In this document: one piece after another, positions 49,186 through 58,799 of the stretch
How the letters are laid out: each line of letters begins with the position of its first letter
How positions within the stretch are numbered: position 1 is the stretch's first letter
Virus record (IMG/VR): IMGVR_UViG_3300033183_000491
Span: 62,001-126,000 of that record
DNA: 64,000 nt
Reading direction: 5' to 3' (one strand)
The notes under the pieces: model-generated
Seen by the model: the letters and a program-made list of their open reading frames with translations, nothing else
Database searches by the model: none
Told to the model about the DNA's origin: nothing
Program-made: the position numbers and the translations under genes

Positions 49186-49626
49186 ATGAAAAAAGTAAGA
49201 ACAATTATTTTAGCACTTCTAGTATTAGTTACAACTCTTGCAGCAGGATGTGATGATGACAAAGAAAAGTCAGAAGAAGATCCTCAAGCTGGTCAAGAAG
49301 TTTCTTGTGTAGCTGGTGAAGAAGTAGTTGATCCTGACGCAGAACCTCCTGTTGAAGCTGGCGAAGAAGTAGACCTAGTTGATCCAGTAGCAGGTGAAGA
49401 ACCTCCTGTTGAGGTGGGTGAAGAAGTTGATACAGACCCTGCGGGCGAAGAAGTAGTTGAACCACAACCAGAGGCTGGTACTGAGGTTGATCCTGTAGAT
49501 CCAGAGGCTGGTGAAGAAGTTGAACCTGCTCCTGAAGCTGGTGTAGAAGAAACTACTGAAGAAGTTCCTGCGGGTGAAGCAAGTGAGCCAGTTGATCCAG
49601 CTCCTCAAGCTGGCGAGCCTGGATGA
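49186..49626 (+). CDS. lipoprotein with acidic AGEE repeats
   Basis: AAGGAG RBS; MKK, hydrophobic stretch, lipobox LAAG-C; about ten AG(E/Q/T/V)E-type units. Confidence 0.85.
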   Translation: MKKVRTIILALLVLVTTLAAGCDDDKEKSEEDPQAGQEVSCVAGEEVVDPDAEPPVEAGEEVDLVDPVAGEEPPVEVGEEVDTDPAGEEVVEPQPEAGTEVDPVDPEAGEEVEPAPEAGVEETTEEVPAGEASEPVDPAPQAGEPG

Positions 49627-49861
49627 TATAATTTATCTTTTTAACACGATTTAATCGTTTAAATTGATATTCTTCCTTAGAAGCGATGGAGCGATTCATC
49701 GCTTTTTTTATGAGAGTAAATCGACAAGGTCTTCTTGATCTTGTATATTTAGCACCTCCTTTTAATTCTCCATTATGCTGTTTTAATCTTCTTTCTGGGT
49801 CTGTTGTTATACCACAATACAAAGAATTATCATTACAGATCAAAACATATAAATACCACAA
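49553..49861 (-). CDS. small GIY-YIG nuclease (UPF0213/SLX1-like)
   Basis: YLYVL.C....LYCGITTDP.RRL.QHNG...GGAKYTR..RP, A.KEE..FK. Confidence 0.88.
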   Translation of the reverse strand: MWYLYVLICNDNSLYCGITTDPERRLKQHNGELKGGAKYTRSRRPCRFTLIKKAMNRSIASKEEYQFKRLNRVKKINYIIQARQLEELDQLAHLLHPQELLQ

Positions 49862-50008
49862 AATTCTTCCTTACGTTTCCTTCTTGTTAAAGAAAGTGTG
49901 AAAATCTAACAAGTCAATTGGCATTACGACACTCTTTATACGCTACCACACTTCTTCTTCGCATAATATATAAAGCGCATTCAATAAGGCAAGAATATCT
50001 AGATTATA

Positions 50009-50533
50009 TTAACTCTTTTTTACTTTGTAATATTTTTCTTTTGAAATTGTTGGACTAAAGAAAGCTAAACGATTACCTTCTGGGTCAATGATATGAAAAG
50101 AAGCATCTCCCCACGGGTTTTCAACAAGATCTCCTAAGGTAATATTTTTCTTTTTCATTTTATCATAAAATTTATAAACATCATTAACTTTTACTGAAAG
50201 TGATACGTTTCCATGGAAATTCTTATTTGAATAATTTCTTCTTCCTTTCGAAAACAATTCAATTAAATTTCCTCCAACATTGATTTGAGTTCCATCCCCA
50301 TCAGAATATCTCCAATACCTAACTACAGGAAACTCTAATATTTGGTTATAAAACCTAACCATTTCTTCCATGTTTTTTACATAAATATGAACTCTAACTT
50401 CACGTGAATAAGCATTCCATTTATTGGCTAAATCAATTCCGATTTCTTTTGCAGAATCAACTTCAGATTTAGTAGGTGATGTATTAATTTTTTTTACTTG
50501 TTTCTTTTTATCTTCTTGATTATAAAACGGCAT
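50009..50533 (-). CDS. VOC / glyoxalase family protein
   Basis: V.N.EE...FY..ILEF, V.DV..FY, PWGD..F.I.DPEGNRL; start likely ATG 50533. Confidence 0.88.
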   Translation of the reverse strand: MPFYNQEDKKKQVKKINTSPTKSEVDSAKEIGIDLANKWNAYSREVRVHIYVKNMEEMVRFYNQILEFPVVRYWRYSDGDGTQINVGGNLIELFSKGRRNYSNKNFHGNVSLSVKVNDVYKFYDKMKKKNITLGDLVENPWGDASFHIIDPEGNRLAFFSPTISKEKYYKVKKS

Positions 50534-50534
50534 A

Positions 50535-50912
50535 TTACTTTTCTTTCTTTTCTCCACCTAAAGGATATTTTTTCCAAGCAAACTTTTCCCTATTATCTAA
50601 ATAGTAATCTAAATCATCACAGTTCCATGCTTCTTGTTCAAATCTTATAGATAAGTAAGATTCTCTATTAAAACCTTTTCTGCATAAAATAGAAGCCCAG
50701 AAATAATCAAATAAATAAACTGCTATAAATCCAATAAACCAAAGCTCTTTATATTGCAAATAATGAATTGTCTCGTGTCTTTTAGTTCTATCAGATAATT
50801 CTCCTTGACAAAACACCCATGGACCTAATGTTATCGCCCATATCTCTATTGGAGCAAATTTACTTAAATAAACAGGGACTTTGCTGTTTTCAAAAAACTT
50901 TGGATATTTCAT
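50535..50912 (-). CDS. HExxH-containing hypothetical protein
   Basis: AITLGP, RHETIH..Q, Y..I.FEQEA. Confidence 0.75.
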   Translation of the reverse strand: MKYPKFFENSKVPVYLSKFAPIEIWAITLGPWVFCQGELSDRTKRHETIHYLQYKELWFIGFIAVYLFDYFWASILCRKGFNRESYLSIRFEQEAWNCDDLDYYLDNREKFAWKKYPLGGEKKEK

Positions 50913-50913
50913 G

Positions 50914-51141
50914 TTAATAACTATTTAAAATTTCTTCGTCTTCAAATGAAATTGATGTATCTATATCGTCTCCTGATAAATCTTCATCTTCTGGAGCTTC
51001 TTCATTTTCAAACTCAGGTCCTTTAGAAGGCTCTTCTTCACCTAATGGGTCTTCTCCAAACTCATTAAAACTAGGTCTTTCTTCAGTGTCTTCTTTTAAA
51101 AATTTTCTCCAAGATTCCATTATAAGTTTTGTATTATTCAT
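50914..51141 (-). CDS. small acidic protein with KLIMESWRKFL.E leader
   Basis: 75-aa ORF. Confidence 0.7.
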   Translation of the reverse strand: MNNTKLIMESWRKFLKEDTEERPSFNEFGEDPLGEEEPSKGPEFENEEAPEDEDLSGDDIDTSISFEDEEILNSY

Positions 51142-51169
51142 TTTTTAACTTCTTTCTTTTAAATATTTA

Positions 51170-52918
51170 TTAATAGTCATCGCCAAAATCAAAATCATCA
51201 TATGATGGTATTTCAAAATCGTCATATAAATCTTCGTCATCTCCCATTAAATCGTCTTTTAGCTTTCTATAATATTCTTCTTCTTCTTCTGGAGACATTT
51301 CTTCTTTTTTCGAAGAAGATTTTATTTTTTTATAAACTATATTTTTAAATTTATCTGAAAGTGGTGAAACTGTTTCGAGATTTTCTAGGATTTTATCAAT
51401 TATTCCAATACAAAGATTTTTGTCTTCTTGACTATCAATAAAATCATCAAAAGAATAAGTAACTCCAAATCCATCATCAGATCTAGATAATTCTTCAATT
51501 TCACCTTCAACTTCATCTGTCAAATAATTTAAACTAGTTTTACATTGAACGTCACTTTTAATTATAGGATATTGATTATATAAATCTAATATTGCTCTAG
51601 ATTTAAATAATAATGTAAATAGATGCAATCCTAATGATGAATTGAATTTTCTTATTTTAGAAACAACGTCAGATTCTCCCGGGATTGTTGTTATAACATT
51701 CATTTCGCATAATTTAATCTCGTCAATAACTAATTTTAAGCATTCAACGATTGTGCTATTTTTATTTTCGCTCTTTAAATTGTCAACGAATTCTTTAATT
51801 TCATTTTTTAATTTTTCGTAAGCTTCGGGAGATTTAATCATAATTCCACTTGATTCATATGATCCAAAATCAATAACGTTTAAATTTGGGTCTTCTGAGT
51901 CAACTGAATAGAGAGATTTTTTAGCAAAGTGAATAAAATTATTCTTGTCCCAAATAAAATTATTTGCATCTTCAAGTAATCTAGGATCACTAGATGCATC
52001 TTCTTTAATTTTTTCTAAAGCCATACTATAAGATTCAGATAATTCTGGTGTAGAATTAGAAGTTAACTCAGACTTAAGTCTATTATAGAAATTATCTGTT
52101 ACATATTCTCCACAAATGTCATCATTAAAAGCATCAACAGATGCTCCACCATTTAATTCTGGTTCAATTCTGTTTTTGTAAGCTTTAAATCCAATACAAA
52201 CTTTTCTAAATTCATCATCTCCTCTAAAGATATTATTATTTTTAACAATATAATAAAGATTTATTTTGTCTCTTTCATAATAATCTTCAAAGAGATTTGC
52301 TTTACCTGTTTTTGCTGTACACCAAGTTATTTTAGGACCTTTTACTCCTCGAGGCGCATCTTTTTCTCTTGTTCCATCATACATTCCATGAGCCCATGCC
52401 ATTGATCCAACTATATTTAAAGGTTTTACAGCGACGATATTTTCATCTTTGTAAACAATTTTTGCATTTGTTGGATTATTCATAATATAATCACTTACAG
52501 CTTTAGTGATACCAGACTTTTCACCTGAGTCTTGAATATCGTAATCTAAATCGATAATACTATAGTTTCCTGAAATGAGATCAGATTTATCTTCTTGTTT
52601 TAATGAATTAAACTTTGTCTTACTATGTAAGATACAAACAGAGATTCTTTCTAAGAGAGATAAAGAAGAATCAGATTCAACTAAGTCTTGCAATAAAACA
52701 TTTTGATAATTTACTAATTCTTTATGATGTTGTCTTATTAAGTCAATACTAGAATCCAATGAATCATCAGTAGACCACTTTTGTTTAATTCTTTCTACAA
52801 AATCTTTAAGTTTATATGCTTCATTTAAAAGACTTTTGTCAGATTTAACATTAATATCATTATAAAGATATTCTCTCCAACCTTCTAATAAAACTTTAAT
52901 ATTTTTATTTGACTCCAT
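51170..52918 (-). CDS. hypothetical protein with PcfJ-like WCT motif and LLEGWREYL leader
   Basis: VAVKP....S...TWCTA....N.F..Y....LYY. Confidence 0.65.
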   Translation of the reverse strand: MESNKNIKVLLEGWREYLYNDINVKSDKSLLNEAYKLKDFVERIKQKWSTDDSLDSSIDLIRQHHKELVNYQNVLLQDLVESDSSLSLLERISVCILHSKTKFNSLKQEDKSDLISGNYSIIDLDYDIQDSGEKSGITKAVSDYIMNNPTNAKIVYKDENIVAVKPLNIVGSMAWAHGMYDGTREKDAPRGVKGPKITWCTAKTGKANLFEDYYERDKINLYYIVKNNNIFRGDDEFRKVCIGFKAYKNRIEPELNGGASVDAFNDDICGEYVTDNFYNRLKSELTSNSTPELSESYSMALEKIKEDASSDPRLLEDANNFIWDKNNFIHFAKKSLYSVDSEDPNLNVIDFGSYESSGIMIKSPEAYEKLKNEIKEFVDNLKSENKNSTIVECLKLVIDEIKLCEMNVITTIPGESDVVSKIRKFNSSLGLHLFTLLFKSRAILDLYNQYPIIKSDVQCKTSLNYLTDEVEGEIEELSRSDDGFGVTYSFDDFIDSQEDKNLCIGIIDKILENLETVSPLSDKFKNIVYKKIKSSSKKEEMSPEEEEEYYRKLKDDLMGDDEDLYDDFEIPSYDDFDFGDDY

Positions 52919-52962
52919 TATACACCTTATTACTATACAACGTTTTTATTATATAATATATA

Positions 52963-54360
52963 TTAACTCAGTAACCATATATTACTCCCGCATCCCCAAA
53001 CTTTATATAGATTCATTTCAAAAGCTTTTTCTCTTTCGCATTTATTAAGATCTGACTTAACAATAAATCTATCATACCTTTGTCTCCCGTCAGTATACCA
53101 ATAATCGATACCTGTTTCGCCATAATATTTAAAGCCTACTTTTTCATATCCTAATCCTTCACCAAATCTTCGATCTGCATAAGTCATCAAAGGATATTCA
53201 TAGTTTTCTTTAAATCTTTTTAAAAGTTTTCCTAATCCACCAACAACAACAGTATTTAGTTTAGAAGCAAACCTGCTTATTTCATAATAACCTTTCCATT
53301 TCTTTTGTCTAGGTTTTCTAAATCCAATAGCTGATATTAATTCTTCTTTATAAAACAATCCAAGTCTAATACTACTATTAACAGATCCACTAATATGACT
53401 CTTATTCATAAAAAGATCAAACTCTTTTTTACCAATTTCTTTAACAACACATTTTCTTGCCCATATCTTATTACAAAGTCCAAGTCTATTATTAATCATA
53501 CTTTTGCAGATCTCTCTTTTATATTCCCATTCATCAGAGAATATATGCATTAACTTCATCCCTAAAGACTTACATTCTTTTGTTTTCCAAATCATATCTT
53601 CTTTGTTTGTCGAATCAACAACTTCAGAGTGCCAATATAAACCATTATATTCAATTCCAAAATTCTTCTGTTTTAATGAAATGTCGATTTCTTTAGGTTT
53701 AATCAAATTTCTATCTCCATTAATAACAGAATCAAATCCTAAACTTTTTACATATTCATATATTTCTATCTCAGCTGCGCTTTTATTTATTGGATAACAC
53801 TTAGGACATAATGATCCTCTTTCAAATGATTGCAAAGTTTTCTTACAAATAAAATTACATTTTTTACATTTAAATTCTAAATACTGATGTTGTCTACTGA
53901 AATATTCTTCGACAGGTGTTAATATTTCAAATTCTTCATTTCTATCTAAGATTCTTTGTAAAACTTCGTAGCTTCCTAATTGTTTAGTCATGCTAATTCT
54001 ATTTTTAGTTTTTGATGTATGTTTCTTTCCCCAGAAAGGATTATCTTTACCTGACAAGCCTTTTATTCTATCATCGTCTAATTTTGTTTTTCCTTTATTC
54101 CAAGACTCAGACTTACCGCCTTTTTTCCCGCCTTCTTTCATTGCAAGTTTTCCACAATCTTTACAATATTTTTTAAAAGAAAACGCTACATACCTAGTCT
54201 CTTTTCCACAATTAAAGCATCCCTTGTAATCTTTGCAAATATATTCTCTTGTGTATTCTTTACTACTTAATTTATGTTCACTTCTCAAGTGATTACTAAA
54301 TTTTTTTCCTTCACCCTCAAAATCACATAAATAACATTTCATATCATTATACCTTTTCAT
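52963..54360 (-). mobile_element. Hef-like (Vsr/PD-(D/E)XK) homing endonuclease with Zn fingers and NUMOD3 repeats
   Basis: CxxC pairs, SWNKG, NPFWGKKHT, S.AE.EI, EIDI.....IEYNGLYWH, FSDEW, ARKC, YADRR...G..Y...GF. Confidence 0.82.
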
Positions 54361-54382
54361 GGTCTTTGTATAAATATCAAAT

Positions 54383-54411
54383 ATTATAAATTTAATTTTT
54401 CTTTTTTACAA
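54383..54411 (-). promoter_or_regulatory. promoter TTGTAA-17-TATAAT
   Basis: upstream of the endonuclease, immediately after the capsid terminator. Confidence 0.7.
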
Positions 54412-54414
54412 TAC

Positions 54415-54438
54415 AAAAAAACCAGCAAAAGCTGGTTT
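54415..54438 (-). terminator. intrinsic terminator after the major capsid gene
   Basis: AAACCAGC-4nt-GCTGGTTT plus T run; same core stem as at 14013-14032. Confidence 0.82.
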
Positions 54439-54474
54439 AATGTCACCCTAGGGTGCTAGCCACCAAAACTTATC

Positions 54475-56283
54475 TTAGATAACGTTCATGTCGAGGCATG
54501 TAACTGTTCCGTAGAAGTCAGCGCGGACCATCTTCTTACCGTAACGAGTCATAACACCCTTACGTGGTGTGAAATCCTCTGGTTGGAAGATGGTTGGTGT
54601 TACGATGAGTGGTACGTATGGAGCATAAACGAAGCCAGTCTCTAGGTAAGAACCACCTTTGTAACCAACGAGGATCTTGTTGCGTGGGAAGTATGGGTCT
54701 TTGTAAACTGTGAAACGGTTTGAAAGTGAACCAACCTTCTCTGCACCCATTGTGAAAGGAGCACCAACTTGTCCGTCACCGTCAAGGCTGTAGCTTGGGC
54801 GGTAAAGAACAGAAGCTTCAAGGATTGTAGCAACATCAGGAGAAACCACGATGAAGTTAGCAGAACCACGAAGAGTCTTTCTGTGGATTTCATTAGCAAC
54901 GTCGATAACAGTCTCTGTTAGGGTCTCATACCATTCACGAACTGTACCAGTGAATGCTGGACCAGGGGTGAGTGTAGAAGCACGTGCAATCTCTGCACCT
55001 GTACGCTTGTTAACGAATTTACCAGGTGAACGACTCCAGAAGAAGTTAGCACCTTGTGCACCTGTAAGAAGATCGCCAAGAATCTCACGATCGATTTCAA
55101 GAGCAATCTGCTCTGAAAGGATTTGTGTGAGCTCGACCTCTGCATCCATTGAGTGGTATGCGTTAAGGTCTTGCGCAAGCTCAGGACTCCAACGAGCACG
55201 GAGCTTACGTGTTTGTGCTGTTACTGGGATTGACTCGATCTTAATATCAATCTCTGGGATTGCAGATGGGTTAAGATCAGTAGGAGTTTCTGGCTGCAAG
55301 AATTCCATTGCTGGATCAACATCAACACCACCAACGCTGTTAGCAATACCTTCTGCACCATCAGCAGCTACGTATTCAACTGCTAAGACATTAAGATTAT
55401 TGTCAGCGCCACCTTTTGCTCTTAAAGCTTCTGTTGATGAGGTAGCACTTGTTTGAACGAGGAAAAGAACTCTATCACCAGCAACTGCATCAGCTTTAAA
55501 TAATGCGAGTGTATCACCTGTACCAACCTTTGAAACTTTTCTTACATTGTGTGAAAGACCACCTTGAAGTTTTTGCGCTGCAGAAATTTCAACAGAAATA
55601 GCAGCTGCATCATCTTCAATTGTTGCTTTTGCTGTCTTAATAAGAGAAAGATCAGCACCTGTAAGTGAAGATGTCGGACATAGAACAAATTGGAATGTGC
55701 TGCTCGAAGCTGCATCAATAACTGCTGAGTCATAATCAACAAGTGCTAAGTGAACTGCGTCAGTTGGATCAAATTTTGCAGTCTCTAAAAGAGCACCGTG
55801 AGCAACGTCTACAGATTTATGCTCGCGAGAGAAACCACTACCTACAAGATCGTATTGACCACCAAGAGCGTCAGCGCCACCTTGAATAGCCTTACCTGAA
55901 GGGCCACCATAGATTGACTCAGTTGTTTGGTGAGGACCTTCAACTGAACCGTATGTGTAATCTAGGTAGAAAAGGAGACCGCTTGGAAGGCTCATTGGTT
56001 GAATTGAAACGAGTTCATTTGCAATAAGACCACCAAAAACACGACGAACGATTGGGAATGCAATGTTTGAGAAACCACCAACATCGCCGCCATTCATTGT
56101 GCTGCTTTCGCGAAGAACTTGAGCAGCTTGGTTTTCTAGAAGAGTAGCCATGTTTTCACGGCTTGTTTCTTCCATGCCACGGAGAAGACCAGTGCGAGAC
56201 CATTTCTCAACGAGGCGCTTATTTTGTTGGCCTACGTGGCGGTCTCTAATACCTTCAGTTAACTTTTGTAATGAAAAACTCAT
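54475..56283 (-). CDS. major capsid protein (T4 gp23-like)
   Basis: KW..TGLL, LLENQ, PIVRR, VSIQPM..PSGL.F, RKLRA.WS.E.AQDL.AYH..DAE.EL, YAPYVP, F.PRKGVMTRY. Confidence 0.97.
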   Translation of the reverse strand: MSFSLQKLTEGIRDRHVGQQNKRLVEKWSRTGLLRGMEETSRENMATLLENQAAQVLRESSTMNGGDVGGFSNIAFPIVRRVFGGLIANELVSIQPMSLPSGLLFYLDYTYGSVEGPHQTTESIYGGPSGKAIQGGADALGGQYDLVGSGFSREHKSVDVAHGALLETAKFDPTDAVHLALVDYDSAVIDAASSSTFQFVLCPTSSLTGADLSLIKTAKATIEDDAAAISVEISAAQKLQGGLSHNVRKVSKVGTGDTLALFKADAVAGDRVLFLVQTSATSSTEALRAKGGADNNLNVLAVEYVAADGAEGIANSVGGVDVDPAMEFLQPETPTDLNPSAIPEIDIKIESIPVTAQTRKLRARWSPELAQDLNAYHSMDAEVELTQILSEQIALEIDREILGDLLTGAQGANFFWSRSPGKFVNKRTGAEIARASTLTPGPAFTGTVREWYETLTETVIDVANEIHRKTLRGSANFIVVSPDVATILEASVLYRPSYSLDGDGQVGAPFTMGAEKVGSLSNRFTVYKDPYFPRNKILVGYKGGSYLETGFVYAPYVPLIVTPTIFQPEDFTPRKGVMTRYGKKMVRADFYGTVTCLDMNVI

Positions 56284-56326
56284 ATGTTTTATCCTTTATT
56301 TATATAAATTAAATCTGTTAAAATTC

Positions 56327-57868
56327 TTAGTTCTTAATACCAGCAAGAGTTGCCCAGCGATCAAGTGCAGCAGATTCATTTAGAGTTTGTGCACTACGAA
56401 CAGGTTGTGAAGAAGAGTTAAGTGGTCTTCTTACAGAACCTTCTGCTAAGTTATTCTTCCTAGTTGGGTTTGCAATTGACTTAGAGAGGCTTTCAAATAG
56501 GATTTTAGCTTCACCAAGTGTTTTTGCGTTGTCGAGAGACTCAACAATGTGACGTTGTTGTTTCATTGAGAGTTCTCTGTTTTGCATGAGCTTGTTAGCG
56601 TAAAGAAGCTTCGCGTTGAATAGGTTCATTTCAGTGAGTTGGTCCTTCATTCCACGAAGAGCCTTTTTGTATTGAGAAAGCTTGCTTTCTAGCATACGAT
56701 TCATGCGTACAACTTTTGCAGCTTTAGTTTTCATCTCGTGCAATTTGTTAAGTTCAACACCATCAACAAATGCCTCACCCTCAATAGAACCTCCTCCAAA
56801 GTGTGAAGCTACATCTTTTGCTTCACCTTCACGAAGAGCCTTCATTCTACCAATTTCTCTTTTAAGCATATTTTCATCGATTTCTAGAATACGATCACGT
56901 GATTCGTACATACCTTCTTCTTTTGGCTCTTCTTCACCTTCTTCTTCACCTTCTTCTTCACCTTCTTCTTCAGAAGGTTTCTCAGTTTCGAAAAGAGCTT
57001 CGTCGATTTCAAGTTCTAGTTCTTCGCCAACATTCTCGTCTTCTTCAACAAGACCTGCAGCAATTGCTAATTCACGAACTGTAGTCTGGTCGGTGATTTC
57101 TAGTTCTTCACCTTCTTCTTCGACTTCTTCGACTTCTTCGACTTCTTCGACTTCTAGATCTTCATCTGCTTCTGCAGGTTGTTCCTCAGGAGCTTCTTCA
57201 CCAGCTTCATCTCCTGGAAGATCTGCAGCTTCATCACTTAAATCTAGTTCTTCTTCGTCACCGTCAGCTTCAAATAGATCCATCTCTAAAAGATCTGACA
57301 AGCTTTCGTTAAGATATTTACTATTAGAACGTCTTCTAGACATATTCTCTATCTCCTTGTTTAATTTATAGAATTCTTTTAAAAGTTCTTTATCACTTCT
57401 AATTATACTGTTTGTTTTTAAATTTGTTACTTCATTAAGTAAATTTTTATATAGAACAACAACTCTAGGTTTAGTCTGATGAAATAAGTTAGAGCTTTCT
57501 GATATTGTTATTGCCTTTTGAAGCGATTTAAGACTCTCTTTAAGAGATTCTAGTTTTTGGTGAGCTGCTTCTTTTTTTGCATTAGAATTAATTAATTTGT
57601 TTAATATTCTTCTAGACTCTGCATTAAGTTCAACTTTGTTTTCTTCTGTTTCTTCAACAGATTCATAATTGCTGCACTCTTCTGTCGTTTCTTCAGATTC
57701 TTCGACAGGACTATCAGTTTCTTCTTTTGATTCAAATAATCTTTTCTCAACTAAACTTTTGATTTGTGGAGAAATAGATTCAACAATATGTTGTTTGACC
57801 TTTTCTTCAGCAGCAAGTTTAATTTCTTCTGCAGCTTTAATTGCTTCGTTATATAATGTACTACTCAT
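56327..57868 (-). CDS. prohead core scaffold protein (gp22-like)
   Basis: upstream of capsid gene; acidic coiled coil, E.NL.NAKLLY.N, RW..LAGI C-terminus. Confidence 0.85.
   Translation of the reverse strand: MSSTLYNEAIKAAEEIKLAAEEKVKQHIVESISPQIKSLVEKRLFESKEETDSPVEESEETTEECSNYESVEETEENKVELNAESRRILNKLINSNAKKEAAHQKLESLKESLKSLQKAITISESSNLFHQTKPRVVVLYKNLLNEVTNLKTNSIIRSDKELLKEFYKLNKEIENMSRRRSNSKYLNESLSDLLEMDLFEADGDEEELDLSDEAADLPGDEAGEEAPEEQPAEADEDLEVEEVEEVEEVEEEGEELEITDQTTVRELAIAAGLVEEDENVGEELELEIDEALFETEKPSEEEGEEEGEEEGEEEPKEEGMYESRDRILEIDENMLKREIGRMKALREGEAKDVASHFGGGSIEGEAFVDGVELNKLHEMKTKAAKVVRMNRMLESKLSQYKKALRGMKDQLTEMNLFNAKLLYANKLMQNRELSMKQQRHIVESLDNAKTLGEAKILFESLSKSIANPTRKNNLAEGSVRRPLNSSSQPVRSAQTLNESAALDRWATLAGIKN
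56928..57155 (-). repeat. coding tandem repeats in the scaffold gene (EEEG x3-4; EEV x4)
   Basis: 12-bp unit at 56928-56972 and 9-bp unit ttcttcgac at 57116-57151. Confidence 0.85.
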
Positions 57869-57928
57869 GATAAAACCTATAATTTATATTATTTATATAT
57901 ATTAGAATTTTTGTTTTTTTATTAAACA

Positions 57929-58786
57929 CTAAATTTGTTTAACAATTCCTGCTCTTAAATTATCCAAAAATTCTTGATCAGACGTTGCATTTAAAATTTC
58001 AAAAGAAGATAATTTACCATTTTCTAAACTATTATAGTTAAATTTCGATAAAGGTGTATCAATAGTTTCTTCTCCCGAAGTTGTAGGAGTCATATCAATT
58101 TCAATGTCACCTTTAGGAGTACTTCCTTTAATTTTTACTTTGACTTTTTTTTGTCCGTAACCTTTATTATTAATACCATGACGTCCTGTGGGAAGATGTC
58201 CTGGAGGTGCTGCGTTTGCAGTATTTGTTGAAGCCATTGCATTTTTATACATGCTTCCTTTACCAGTAGACCTAACTGCAATACTTCCACTCATATATTT
58301 TTCAGACAAGATAACTTCTTTTATATAATCTTTAAGGTCGTTTTCCATTAAAGTATTCCCTTGGATTTCATGTCCTGCAGAAAGTCCTATAACACCAGCA
58401 ATACTATTTCCTAGGCCACCTAAACTAGAGATATCTGTACCTTTTTTAGCTAAACTATCTGATGCTCTTCTCTGGTATGATGTATGAGCTTTACTTTCAA
58501 TATCAGATTCGAATTCATTAAAATCAGATTCATTATCTCCAATAAGACCTGCATATAAAGCTAAATCTTTTACTGTAGTTTGAGAATTTATTTTGTAACT
58601 TTTTGTTTCTAATTCTTCTTCATCCCATTGGCCTTTTGGAGAGCTTAAAGCGTCACCCATATTCCAATTAGAACCAATTCCTTTACCGGGGCCTCCACCT
58701 AAAGATCCAATTCCTAATCCCGTTCTAGAATCGTAATTAAACGACCCTCCGAAAGAATTAGGATTAGTTGAACTGAAATTAGACAT
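57929..58786 (-). CDS. hypothetical Gly-rich head-region protein
   Basis: 285-aa ORF sharing a motif with the scaffold. Confidence 0.75.
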   Translation of the reverse strand: MSNFSSTNPNSFGGSFNYDSRTGLGIGSLGGGPGKGIGSNWNMGDALSSPKGQWDEEELETKSYKINSQTTVKDLALYAGLIGDNESDFNEFESDIESKAHTSYQRRASDSLAKKGTDISSLGGLGNSIAGVIGLSAGHEIQGNTLMENDLKDYIKEVILSEKYMSGSIAVRSTGKGSMYKNAMASTNTANAAPPGHLPTGRHGINNKGYGQKKVKVKIKGSTPKGDIEIDMTPTTSGEETIDTPLSKFNYNSLENGKLSSFEILNATSDQEFLDNLRAGIVKQI

Positions 58787-58799
58787 ATCTTCTTAAATC

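Noticed and set aside
54851-57371. Long plus-strand ORFs 54851-55456 and 56682-57371
   Set aside because: Antisense shadows of codon-biased capsid and scaffold genes; Ser-rich mirror of Glu codons, no RBS
57890-57897. Canonical T4 late promoter TATAAATA before the scaffold gene
   Set aside because: Isolated coding-strand instance in very AT-rich DNA; not seen before the other structural genes, which share different motifs
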